Part shown: piece by piece, positions 1 to 12,611 of the stretch
Layout: the number at the start of each line of letters is the position of its first letter
How positions within the stretch are numbered: position 1 is the stretch's first letter
Origin: Girardia tigrina
Taxonomy: Eukaryota
NCBI GenBank assembly: GCA_001938485.1
Contig: MQRK01202524.1
Span: 1 to 64,000, forward strand
Direction of reading: 5' to 3'
Length of the DNA stretch: 64,000 nt
The notes under the pieces: generated by a model
Told to the model about the DNA's origin: nothing
The model's database searches: none
The model's input: the letters and a program-made list of their open reading frames with translations, nothing else
Program-made: the position numbers and the translations under genes

Positions 1-48
<48 letters not shown>

Positions 49-199
49 AATGAAAAAAAGGTACTGTATAATAAATACAGAAAACTTAAATAAAATTTCT
101 TTTAGTAAAATTACCCACCAATCCCTTTAAAAGACGGACGTTGAATAAAACGATTAATAAAATATTAATAGTAATGATTCTAAAAATAAATTAATAAAG

Positions 200-1400
200 G
201 ACTTTTAGCTCAAGTTTTTCAAAACTTTATATTCTACCTAAGATTCATAAAGTGGGTTTTCTATGATTGGTAGCTTCCAATACCAAGTTGTAAAATTTCT
301 AGAGAGATTATTGAAACTTTAAGTTAATACTTTTCTATAATGTAAAGATTGTCTTGAATATCAAGATTTAACAAAGGTAATGGACTGGTTATCTTGAACA
401 AAGATAATTCTTCTTGATTGGGTAACGGACTGAGGACATCCGGTCCCACAGAGATGCCTTTTGATCATGAGAAACACAAATAACAAATAAAATGCATGTT
501 TCAGAAAGTCGCTCAAAATATCAATACGTGGAATGAATGCAGCTCTCTGATCAGATGATGTTTCGCGACGACTGTCAACTTCATTAAGAAAATACCTAGG
601 GAAAATCCCCAAAAGACTCAAACTCTAAGTCCGGTTGCGAAAACGGTCCTCACTCAACCGCATCCCGACATACACACATGATGAACATGCAGTCCACTGC
701 TGATAACAAAGATCTTTCGATGAAATAGACTCTATCCTCAGTGACCCAGTGAAAAATCCAAAAGGCCATAGAATGGCAAATACAGCAACGAATTTCGATT
801 TACAGTCATCCCGGAACACCATGAACGCCAGACACACCTGAAAAACGCTTGTAATTATTGGATTGTCTTCCTTCTTCCTGATATCACCGATCAGTTTCAC
901 CCCACCACTCAAATCGCCATCACAACAGTCACCTGTTTTATTCTTTGGTGCTTCTGGTGGATTTGATTTGATTGATTTGTTTCTTCCGTGTGATCTATCT
1001 TGTAGTGCCTGGTCAGCCACTACATTGATGCATAGCTCCTAGAGCAGTACTGACATGAATAAGGTTTCTGCTTGTCCGCTGTCGTTTCATGATCCATTTT
1101 GATATGTCTATTGAGTTCATTTTTTTTTGAAAAAGAATGCAAAGCTAATAGTGATATTGGAATATTTTCATTAATGGTTTGATCAGTTTCGGTAGATTTT
1201 CTTCAAACTTTGTTTCTATAATCCTCCTAGTAGTATCGGCAAGCTTTTTTAGTATTATCAAGCTACGTGGAGTGGCTTCTTAATTTTATAAATTTGATAT
1301 CAAATTTCTACATGTAACCGTAAACATTAAATTTATTCTGTTGTAAATTTCGTAAAAATTGTATCAGTCAGCCTGAAGAAAATCAATGTTTTTAAAAACA
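200..1400 (+). mobile_element. Highly decayed Penelope-like element remnant, interrupted by an unidentified GC-richer insert (~400-930)
   Basis: KLYILPKIHK at ~222-252 is a Penelope RT motif. Faint GIY-YIG-like traces at ~990-1330. The ORF-track minus ORFs here appear spurious. Confidence 0.4.
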
Positions 1401-2689
1401 ATAATTGGTTTATTTTATGTTTTGGATATTCGAAAAATTTTTTAAATTACCATACCTCAAAATAATCATCTTTAAACAATGTATACGATTTAAAACGATA
1501 TATGTACATTATTTTAAGTCCCACAAATAATAAAAAACAGTACTAAAAAGTCACAAAAACAGCCGTATTTTAAACACAAAAATCGTATAATATCAAATAA
1601 ATTATTTTCCTTAATTTTCCCTCGTTATATTCTATTTGTATCTCGTCGCAAATTGCAAAATAAAAGATGATGAATCAGGAAATGGACTTATAAATGATGT
1701 AAAAAAATAAAATTTTAGCAATGTTTTTTTCCCTTCATTAAATACAGATTTTAAATTTCGGTTATATAAATTATTAATAAAATAAATTTGTATTTCAAAT
1801 TATATCCCCCAAGTAAATAAAGATTAAGCTTCAACTTAATATAAGCTGATAATCATTTAATTTCTGCAACTTTTTCCTATATAATCACTGAGTTTTATTT
1901 TTACTATGGACGCATTAATACTAAAAATATAAATATATTTATAACAAGTATTTATTTTTATTTTTTGTATTAATTTAAATATATTTCGAAAAGCAATTTT
2001 TAATGTCTTTTTTAAGATTGTATATTTAAAATAGTTAATTTAATTACTTATTTGTATTTCGTATTCTATAAGCGTATTCTCCGCTGAAGCATGATAATAT
2101 TTGTGAATTGTTTAATGACAAATAATAATATATTATTTTTTTTAAAATAAAATTAGTAAAATATCTTATTTTTTCTGCAGCAATAATAAAAGTAGCATGA
2201 ATCATTAAATTGTATATTCATTTATTAAATTAAAAAAAATTAAAAATTAAAAATTCGTATATTCTTTCAAAATTTTATTAAAAAATACACAATGTAAAAT
2301 TTGTTCTGAAAACGAATTTTCTTTTTCTTTTTCATTTTTAATCTTTTTAGTATTTTTAATTGTTTTTATTAAGAACAGCAATTTGACTTTTCATATTTTT
2401 ATTTACACAACAATTTTGATTGTCCTTAAGACAATCTTTGTCAAAGCTTTCGTACGAGTGCATTCTAAAGTAAATTGATTAATGAATTAATTCTTATTAT
2501 TTTTAGCAAATGGAGAAATAAATATTTTATTAAAATATTTACTAAAAACTTATTGGATAATAATTAAAATGATAATTAATTGTTTAAAAAATATTAATAT
2601 GATTTATTTATTAAAAATTATAAAAATTAATAAACTTATTTAAAATTTTAAAATTATTTGAAATTAAAAATAAATTTAAACATAACATA

Positions 2690-2801
2690 TTTTTAGATAA
2701 TAATAATTCAAATATTAATCATCCATCTGGGTAGGAGATACATTTCCAAATCAACATACACATTCAGACACAAAACATCTAACTTTCAAATATTCCTCAC
2801 A
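2690..2801 (-). repeat. LTR fragment of the TGTGAGGAAT Gypsy family
   Basis: Similar to 48420-48527 (atccatctgg...aatcaacatac...aaatattcctcaca). Confidence 0.65.
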
Positions 2802-3029
2802 GTTTTTATTTTCGATATCTTGTGAATATTTTTTAACATTTCCATATCAATTCGAAATTTGAAATACGAAAAATTTTGATGTAAAGTTTATTTTCAAAAA
2901 TTAAAAACTTATAAATAACACACAAGACGTTTTTTTAATTTCCTCAACATTTTTTAAAAAGTCCAAAAACTTTTTATGGTCCGATATATTTTCCTTCATT
3001 TTTTATTCTAGATTTTCTACTTTTACCAA

Positions 3030-3750
3030 TACCTACTCTCCTGGAAAGAATTTTATTTGAATTATTGCATTCTGATCCAGGCCACATTGAACGGTTTTAC
3101 TATTTCTACCAAAACATTTTCCCCTGCTTATGTGTCTTCCAAACATTATTTCAGTCCGACTCATCTGGATTGTCAATGAGAATTTGATTTATAGTAAAAT
3201 CTCGACCCAGTCTGAGCTTCTTTTTCATGTAATATTTCGTTTATCAATTCTCTCATTGTATGAAATTGTCGTTTGATTTTCCCATTTGTGTAAAAATGAT
3301 TTTTGTTAGAAAATCGAATTTAAAAATTTAATTTATCTGTGAATTTGTTCATCTTCTTTTACTCAAAAACCTTGCCGTAATCTAATTTTAGTATTTAATT
3401 TTGCATAATTCTTTTTGTAATCGACTTGTCATCTTAGTTCAATATTGTCGTTAACGTAACGTATCTACTAAACTGATATAAAATGCCTAAAATATATTTT
3501 ATTTTCCCTGAGATCTCTTTCCATGGTTTGCCAGGAACCATAGGAATACTTTCAAAAGCTTTGGCCATATATTATGTTATTATGCACTTTTGGCCAGGCC
3601 GTTTATGTTTTATACTTCCTGGCATGATTTACATTTGTAGACAACCTCTTTGATCACATATTTAAGCTAATCAAACTCAACTGAATTTTCGCAAATAATA
3701 CTGAAATTTTCTGGTCGCCACATATGCAATCAGTCGAGAGAGTCGTAGAA
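3030..3750 (-). mobile_element. Decayed Gypsy integrase remnant
   Basis: Minus-strand peptides IKEVVYKCKSCQ (HHCC end) and DWVEIL...TIQ...EIMFGRHI (integrase core end), with stops. Confidence 0.5.
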
Positions 3751-4050
3751 AATATATCGATGTCTCTTTGTGATTTGGTCATCACTTTTATAGATCACTT
3801 TTAATTTTCATGTTTAAATTTCAATTTCAAAAAATTTTCAAATCGCTTTCAGTTAAACAAATTAGCTTTTAATATTTTTTAATATATAAAAAATATCGGA
3901 TTTTAAATATAAATTTTTATATTAATTATGTGACCACAACATGAATAAAGGAATTTTTCATGTCGTTTTCGCCTTCAATCAGTTCTGGAACCACACTTTC
4001 TGTTTTGTAAATTGAGAAAAACTGACAATTATATAAATTTTATATTTTAA

Positions 4051-4373
4051 AGCAACGTTCGATGCTTACACGTTGAAACAATAGAATAAATTAATTGTAA
4101 ATATAGTATAGTATTATTAAAGTAATAATTAACTGCCCTTAAATTGTATTCTTATTATTCATGCAATATTTTTATATATATTAAATTATAACTTAAAAGA
4201 AATTAATTTCTAAAATAGTAAAATAATAGAAAATATTAAATATTGCATCAAATATATATTAAGAATACAATTTACGGGCAATTAATTATTATTTTAATAA
4301 CAATAAAATATTGTAAACTATATTTACATTTAATTTGTTCTATTGTTTTAACGAGTAATCATTGTGCGTTGCT
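4051..4373. mobile_element. MITE with ~100-bp imperfect TIRs and TTAA TSD (Kolobok-like ends)
   Basis: ttaa|agcaacg...cgttgct|ttaa. 4051-4155 is the inverted copy of ~4260-4373. Confidence 0.7.
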
Positions 4374-4403
4374 TTAAATTGTGTTATTACTGCAATTTAT
4401 TAG

Positions 4404-4850
4404 ATGTTCGTGGAATACTTCAAAACAAGTAATGGCGATGAGATGGTCTACTGCCATGACATTGAAAGTCTTCTTTCGAGAATGAACATTCGCACGAATG
4501 TGAAAGAGGACTGGTGGCTCTTTGTCGACGGTAGTGTCAATAGTATGAAGTCTGTGCTCCTCCATAAGGACAACAAGTTTCCTGCATTGCCAGTGGCCTA
4601 TTCCAGGAAATTGAAAGAATCCTACCCCTCATTGAAATTGATATTTGAGCTAATTCATTACGACAACTTCAAGTGGAGAGTTTGTTTTGATTTAAAAATC
4701 ATCCGAATTCTCACTGGGATTCAGGGTGGCTACACCAAGTATTTATTTGTTTTATTTGTCTATGGGATAGCAGAGAGCGTCAGCATCATTACAGCAGAAA
4801 CCATTAGCCAGAAAGTGTAAATTGAACAACAGGAGTGCAAAATGTCCTCC
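4404..4850 (+). pseudogene. Chapaev3-type transposase fragment
   Basis: WWLFVDGS..SMKSVLLH..NKFP.LPV...LKESY...W.VC.DLK...G.QGGYTKY, the same family as the element at 41701-44707. Confidence 0.75.
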
Positions 4851-4995
4851 ACTGATTTTGTGATTTGATTGAAAAAGAAAGTTTGTCATGATTTGTTTAT
4901 CTCATATTATATATTTATTGTTGAGGGCTAAATTGATTAGGTTTTAATGATAATTAATAATTTAAAACTAGAGGGCGCAAGCGGTCATTTTAGAC

Positions 4996-7858
4996 CAGTG
5001 GTTTTCAACGTGTGCGATATCGCCCCCCAGGGGTCGTTTTCTAATTTTCAGGGAACATAGTGATGGCCAAGGGTGTTAAGGGGGCGATGATAGGAAAAGT
5101 TTGGATTTAGTGGCCAATGATTTATTTCCTATGATGTGGATCAATAAAATGAGTATTCTTTAAAAAACTTTAAAATATAACCGTTGAAAATCTTTTGTAA
5201 TCCGTCAGTACAATATTCAGTCAGCTATTTGGAATTTGGTTTTATTGAGACATCAATTGACAAACGGAAACTAATGTGCCTTCTGTGCCAAAAATTAATT
5301 TCCAATGAATCTATGAAGCCTAGTAGACTAAAAGAACATTTGCAGACTATACATGCTGATAAGAAGGATAAACTGATTGAATATTTTAAGAATCTTTGTG
5401 AGAAATTTCAAAAACAATCAACAATTTCTTCAATGTTTAAAAGAACAAGTTGGAAAGTTGATGATGGTTTGAGTGTCTCATATAGTATTGCAGAAATTAT
5501 TGCTAATGGTAGTGTTCAAAGGGTTATTGATAAAATGGCTGATGATGCTGAGCTACAGCTTCTTGAAAAATTCCAAACAAAAAACTTTCTCTATGTGAGA
5601 TATTTTGATGAAAATTTTAGCTTTAAAGAAGAGATGTTGTTTGCTGAAACTAACCTGCGATACTAAAAGAGAAACTGTATTTAATCTGGTGGAAACATTT
5701 TTCATAAAATATGATATTCCCTTAATGAACATAATTGTTTGTGCAACAGTTGGTGCACGATCTATGACTGCCCTTGTTTCAGTTTTACAGCCTATTTAAA
5801 AAGGAAAGTTGCAGACATTTTTACCATTCATAGACATGATCTTGTTGCTAAAAATCTTAGTCCAAATTTGCATGATTCCTTAAACATAGTTATAAAAGCT
5901 GTGAACAAAATCAAAAGTGATACCAAGAGTGATCGAATTTTTCATAAATTTTGTGAGAAAAATGATGAAGGACATAAAAGCTTTTGATGCATACTGATGT
6001 ACGTTGGCTTTCTAAAGTAAATTATCAATATTGCTTTATTTAGTTCTTTGACAGTACTTTGGAATTCTTTGAAGAAGAGAATAATTCTGACTTTAGCAAT
6101 GAATTGAGGACAATCAAGAATGATGTGTTTTACCTAACTGGACTGTATCAAAGGTTTAATGAATTGAACTTGCAACTTCAAGGCAAGAAGATAACACTTA
6201 TTGATTGCAAACGAATCATTGTTAACTTCACCAAGAAGCTTGATTTATTCTGTCTGAACATTCTTAGAAAATAATTCTACAATGTTCCTGAGCTTGCTTC
6301 TTTAATAAACGAATTATTGCTAAAAGATGCTGTACGCGATGGTAATTGTAAAAACAGAGATTTGAATGTGTTGAAAAATCTCTATTTTTACTATGAAATA
6401 AAAGTTATCAACAAAGCTAAACTAGCCCAACTCAATATATCAAGGAATTGCGTTAGGCTAATTTAGTGTTCGAGAAAATAAAACAACTATGTCAAGAGAA
6501 AAATAACGATCAACAAAAACTCTTTTAATTCAACACAATAAAATCACATACGAGGGAGAGAGAAAGACACGGATAAATCTTGATTTCGTTTTGTGTTTAT
6601 TATCCAAAGATTCCAAAGGAACGATCTTCTGTAGTAACAATATCGATGGAAATGTCAGAGAATCACTCGGTTGTACAACGAAATTTTGAGGAAAAACAGA
6701 TTATATGGAGAGATGCACTTTCAGGGGAAATATTGATGAATTGGTTAGCAGAAAATTCCTTCGCGAACCGATTTTAACGGTAAGTAATTATCTAATTATC
6801 AATACATTTATTGATTTTTTTTATATTTTATATTATGTTTGACAAAAATACATAAACAAATAAATAAAAACACACACATACATCACCCACAATGAACAAA
6901 AACAACCATGCACAGAGAATACAATAAAAATATAAAAAAATATCGAGAGATATTACAATAATCATTAGCTGGAATTAAAGAAAGATATGGAAACTCGCTT
7001 TCATGATATTATTGCAATGAAAATGGCATCATGGATGACTGATCCTTTTCACGTAAAAGTGTCTAATGTTGAAATTGAACTACCGAAAGATTTGCTAGAA
7101 TTACAGAATGATGAAAGGTGTCAAATAAATTTCAGCCATGGAGGACTGAAGAATTTATGGCAACAATCAAGAATGACAACTCTGTATCCTAGATTATAGT
7201 CTCAGATGTATTTGCTATTATTTGCATTTCCCTCAACGTATCTAGTGAAGGCTGGTTTTAGCACTGTAATGAATCTGTTGAACAGAAAAAGAAATCGTTT
7301 GGATATTATCGACAGAAGAGATCTTCGTCTTGCATTGACTCAGTTGAAGTAGGATATAGATAACCTTTCCAAAAAAACATCAGGCCCAGGGTTTTCATTA
7401 AGTGTTGTATAAAGTTGAAATATGAAAAATAAATTTTTACAAATTGTAAATATCACTTTATTTACATTTTTAAAGTTTATATAGAAGAATTGTGAATTTA
7501 AATCATTTATTCTTTTATTTTTTGCAGGTATTTTTAATGAAGAACATTTTTCAACTAAAACAATTTTTTATAAAAAACTTTGAAAATATTTTTTGACAAA
7601 TAGTTTTACTTTTAATTAACAAGTTATTTAAAATGGGATAACCTCGTTAAATTTGGGGCTTAAACAATGGTTTTTTTCCTTCTTCTTTTGAGTGAGCTAT
7701 TATGTTGAATTTGAATTTTTTTATTGGTTCACTAATGTTTTGTCATCTTTTTTTCTATGGAAGAAGAGTTTTCTTTGGGAGAAGTGGGCACTGGCAAGTT
7801 TTCGTTTCCAAAATTTATAAAAAGGGGGCGCTACATGAAAAAAGGTTGAGAACCACTG
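4996..7858 (+). mobile_element. hAT (Buster/Charlie) DNA transposon, complete ends, frameshifted ZBED8-like transposase (~5184-7400)
   Basis: TIRs cagtggttttcaac / gttgagaaccactg. Perfect 8-bp TSD ttttagac with central TA. BED finger CLLC...MKPSRLKEHL..H, HTDVRWLS motif and hATC-like FPSTYL. Confidence 0.92.
6347..6957. mobile_element. Solo LTR inserted in the hAT transposase
   Basis: tgtaa...ttaca ends, 5-bp TSD gtaat/ataat. The transposase frame resumes across the insertion. Confidence 0.65.
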
Positions 7859-8785
7859 TTTTAGACTAAAATGCAATTGTAAACCCAACCAATTTTAAGA
7901 CAATAAATCTTAATGACTTCATTTTTTCAAGCTCATATCAATATTGTTAATATCTACCAAAATTATGAAAAGTCTCAAAAAAATCAAGTCGATAGAAATT
8001 ATTGTCTTAAAATGAGCGCGCTTTAAAATAGCTTTACTGTCAAAAATAAGCACTTGGACGTTCTAGTGTTAAAAAGTCAAAATTAATTATTATTATTCTA
8101 TCACAATAATTTAAATGGTCCACCAGAGTGTTTGAAGTAACTCTTATAATTTTCTAATTAAATGTTCTCTTATGACAACAGAAGAGACTGATGAATGATA
8201 ATAATTAGTCTGTCTAACGAAAAAATAAATTAAACCCTGGTAAATTAAAACAGATAATTTTAATTCCTTGAATAACTCAATAAATTTGTTTCTGTGTTTT
8301 GCTTAAAGAAATGAAAAATATTTAGTTTTCAAGGATTTCTATTTATTTTATAGAGAATAATTATTTTCAGTATTTTAAAGATTTATTGAAGAATATGTTT
8401 TTAGTTTTTGCTTTTTTGCCTTAAGCGCTTTTTTTCATTTGAAAAAAGACACTATTGTATTCGATTTGTCCGTGTATACATGGATGTATATGCCTTTATT
8501 TATCACACCTCATTGCTAAAGAAGGCTTTCCTGATCATATGAAGTATATATTTTTATAGGTTCCGTTAATCCAGATATTGGCACATATAGTAACTCAAAG
8601 TTGTTCTAGGTTATGTTATATATGTAATAAAATTTGATGCTCATATTATAATCAAGTGTAAAAAAGTACATCAGGATATTCTGTATAAGTTCCAAATTGT
8701 AAGTCGCTTTCTAGTTCAAAAGAAAATCCGCTCACAATCCCAGAAAAAATATTTATGTAAATACTTCGCTTTAAATTTTATTTGT

Positions 8786-8828
8786 TTTGTCTGATGATGA
8801 CGAATGAAACGTCCAAATTAATAACCTT
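8786..8828 (+). ncRNA. Degenerate minimal hammerhead ribozyme (GAAA mutated to CAAA)
   Basis: CTGATGA-t-gacg(aatgaaa)cgtc-CAAA-ttaa-TA. Same architecture as 34287-34328. Confidence 0.55.
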
Positions 8829-9040
8829 TTGTGAAATAAATCTTTAGAATGGGTTTAAATATTTGTTTGAAACATTAATTTTTTTCATTTCTTTCTAATA
8901 AATGTAATTAGAATATTAATTATAATGCAAAAAAATTTTAGACTCATTTTGGATATTAAAATTTCGAAAGGAGCAAATATTTAATGTAATGTTGAACTTT
9001 TGTTCAAATGTCTAATTTTCGCAGTTTTTTATCTCGGAAA

Positions 9041-9081
<41 letters not shown>

Positions 9082-10953
9082 GAATCTAAGACCACTCATC
9101 ATAAGATCATCGAAAGCTTTTTTTCTAAAAATGTTCATTGTAAATAACTGATGCTTTAATAACACTGAACATTATTTAATTGGTAAATCTCAGCATATTA
9201 ATCACAGAACAATATACTATTTATATTATAATATGCTATTCGCAGTAAGAAAAACTGGTCTATAAAGTGAAATGCGTTGTATATCATTCTATACTTTTTA
9301 TTGTTTCTTCTTAAAGGTGTGAAATCACTCAATTAAATTTAAAAGTCTGTACAATGTAGGAAGATTTAATTCTATCAAAACAGCAATACAACCTAAATGT
9401 TTGTTCCAACATATCAATAATTTTATCCATGTATTTTTTAGATAAGAATATTGTATAACATCTTCCGTGTCTATACACGATAGCTCAAACTCAGGCCAGA
9501 TGAGAACACTTTCTGACGGGTTGATGTTACACGTTTTTCATTTCAATAATACCAATGGTCAGTTTAAGTGTAAAATTATAGTTTTGTTATCTTATGTCTT
9601 GAAAATGATTTTTCCATCGATACTACATTGAACAACAGTTATAGGATCAACTAAAATGTTATATTTGCAAATTATTTTATACTTGAAATTTTAACAATTG
9701 TTTTTGTTCTTGCAATATTCATTACCGTTTGAATTAGAAAACTTATCACAAGAATATGTCCCATATTATTAAAGGCTACCCTCGTACTAGCTCCAATGCA
9801 TTGAATTTCGCTTCAGAACAGAAATCAAAAGATTTATTTTTAATAATTAATTAAAGTATCATTTTTGTTCTAATTGAATGTGGAAAGAAAGTTTCTACAA
9901 TAATAGATTTTGATTATATTATCAGTACTTAACACATTGTTGACCGACAATTTTATGCTGAATCTATCTCGTGTCACATGCTTTTATTTCATTATTCAAT
10001 GTGGAAGTGAACCTTCAGTAAACTTTTTTATACTAAAAGGGACACGTCTAAACATGATGAACAAAGCTTTCGCAGTATTCTATATTAACCTGGGTTCCAT
10101 AAATTTAAATAGCTAATGCATTTACAAATACGAGTTAAATCGTGACTAAATGCATAACTGCGTTCAAATAGTATTGAAAAGGAAACTAGTGGAATTACAC
10201 ATTTTCCATGCAGTTATTATGAAAATGAATGTTGAACAACGTCTGAGAAGGATGCGGCACAGTTATACATGTGTGGTCTATAAGGGTAAAATAAGAAAGG
10301 CGAGATAGAATTCAAAGAGTTTTTAACTCTATACTGCTTTTGGATTACAAAAAGTAAATGGCTATTAAAGCAACTTTTGAAAAGCCTGTTGATCGTGAAA
10401 CTATGATTTTTTTCTGATCAGCTAAACTTAATTTTTGGTGTAAACTATGCACGAAAAATAAATTTCATGATCCCTGTTGGAGTGGGGGTGCGACTTTATA
10501 TGGAACCACGTTGGTGCATAAAAATTCAATATGAATCTCACAATTCTAACAAAATCATCAGTCCATCTTTTTCTGACATTTAGAGACGCAAAAATCTATT
10601 GGCCTTTGTTAACCAACTGGCATGGTTTAAAACACAAGGCTTAGCAGTTTGCAAATAAGTGACAAAATCTTCCTCTATAAAGGTACCACTTTGGACTAGC
10701 TGACATATTCTGAGCAGCTACAACTGGTCGATACCAAAATCCTTTATGACAGATTCTTCTTGTCTTTAAACAAAACCGGTAATAGGAATATTATAGAAAT
10801 AATATTTTTAAAAAAAATGTTAATAGTTTTCTTTTTGTATGTTAAAAAGAAGGCGAATATTATTTGTTTAAATGAAATGTTTTAAAGCGGAATCACCGTA
10901 AAAATTTTCAAATTTAAATTTACAAAAATCAATTGTTTTCTTCTTAACTAAAT

Positions 10954-11112
10954 ATGCATGAAATAGTTCATCTGCAAGCCAAACAGTACGGTTATCAAGT
11001 CGGGGCTACGTTTTTGGAAAGGATATCTGAGGAACATGAAGTTGATCCCACAGGAAGCTATCACGGTGATTCATGTCTTAATTTTATGAGAATCAATGTA
11101 TGCTAAAATGAT
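10954..11112 (+). pseudogene. TUBB: Beta-tubulin 5' fragment pseudogene
   Basis: [52 protein letters not shown] versus canonical [53 protein letters not shown]. Confidence 0.9.
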
Positions 11113-11339
11113 GTGATTAAAAGGGAACGAGAAACGGTCCTCGTAAGGACTAGAAACAAATGATTGGACGAGAAATGTGGCTCCAAGCACTGTGATGTAA
11201 AGAAGAAAATGGCCTAGTGATGAAATAGCAAGCTTTATATACGGCTGCAGTGCATATGTGTGAGGCCATTCAGTTCATTAAATCATCCAATGTATTTGAG
11301 TATCTATCTAATCAAACACACAAATTTAAACAAATTCTA

Positions 11340-12611
11340 TTAAGTGGTTCGGAAAGTCATTTCGTTTTTTTAATACTTGTTTTAAATGTATTTTTTTATA
11401 TTAATAATCATTAATAATCATTGACTATATTATTTATTTTATCAGTTGGTAATCAAGGTTAGATTTGAAAAATTTTGAAATAATTAAAAACATTTACATT
11501 TGATTTTTGACCTATCAAAGATGGAAAGCAAGAATCAGCATTTACGGCATGTATTACTTTTTTACTTCCGAAAAAGTAAAAATGCTTTACAAGCAAGAAG
11601 AAAATTATGCGAAGTGTATGGAGAAGATGTGTTGACAGAACGTTAATGCCAAAACTGGTTTAAAAAATTTATATCCGGAAATTTTGATGTTGAAGATTCT
11701 TCACGTTCCAGAAGGTCCATTGAGACCGACGAAGACAAAATAAAGGTATTAATTGATTCAAACCGACGAATAACAACTCTCGAAATTGCCCAGACATTGC
11801 ATTTATCTAATTCGACCGTCCATGATCAATTGAAGTGCCTAGGTTTTACATCAAAACTCGACACATGGATTCCTAATAATCTTACCGAACGAGATTTATG
11901 CTGTCGTTTAGACATCTGCGATATACTTCTCAAACGTCAAGAAAATGATCCATTTTTGAAGCGCATCGTCACTGGAGATGAGAAATGGGTAGTCTACAGT
12001 AATGTAAAACGCAAGAGATCTTGGAGTAAAAAAGATCAACCTGCTCAAAGCACTTTGAAAGCTGACATTCATCAAAAAAAGTGATGCCATCTGTTTGGTG
12101 GGATTTCAAAGGAATCGTATTTTATGAGCTTCTTCCGGACAAAACTACGATCAATCGGACGTCTATTGTCATCAGGTGGACAAATTAAATGAATCTCTTA
12201 AACACAAAATGCCAGAATTGATCAATAGAAAAGGTGTAGTGTTTCACCAAGATAATGCCAGACCTCATACAACTTTGGTAACTCGCCAAAAGCTTTTACA
12301 GTTTGGATGGAACATCATGCCTCACCCACCATATTCTCCAGACCTCGCACCTTCTGATTATCATTTGTTCCGGTCTCTACAAAATTATTTAGATGGTAAC
12401 ACTTTTGGATCAAATAAAAATCACCTGGAAAAGTTTTTTAGCAGCAAAGAACAAATATTTTAGAAACGTAGAATCATGTCACTGCCAGAAAGATGGAAGA
12501 AGGTATTGGACCACAATGGTCAATATGTATTTCAATAAAATATTTATTCGTCATAAAAATTTGTCTTTTACTTTAATACAAAAAAACGAAATGACTTTCC
12601 GATCAACCCAA
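11340..12611 (+). mobile_element. Full-length mariner (DD34D) element, inactivated transposase 11521-12538
   Basis: TIRs (cggaaagtcatttcgttttt) with TA flanks. Motifs WIP, IVTGDEKW, HQDNARPH and HPPYSPDLAPSDYHLF. In-frame stop at 11644 and frameshifts. Confidence 0.95.

Larger units (their letters stand above)
4966..8068. mobile_element. piggyBac-type non-autonomous element split by the hAT insertion
   Basis: ttaa|aactaga at 4962-4972 and tctagtg|ttaa at 8062-8072. Confidence 0.5.

Noticed and set aside
421-465. CTGAGGA with a catc/gatg stem and a ccggtccca twister-like word
   Set aside because: No GAAA follows the stem, and the twister pseudoknot partners are absent.
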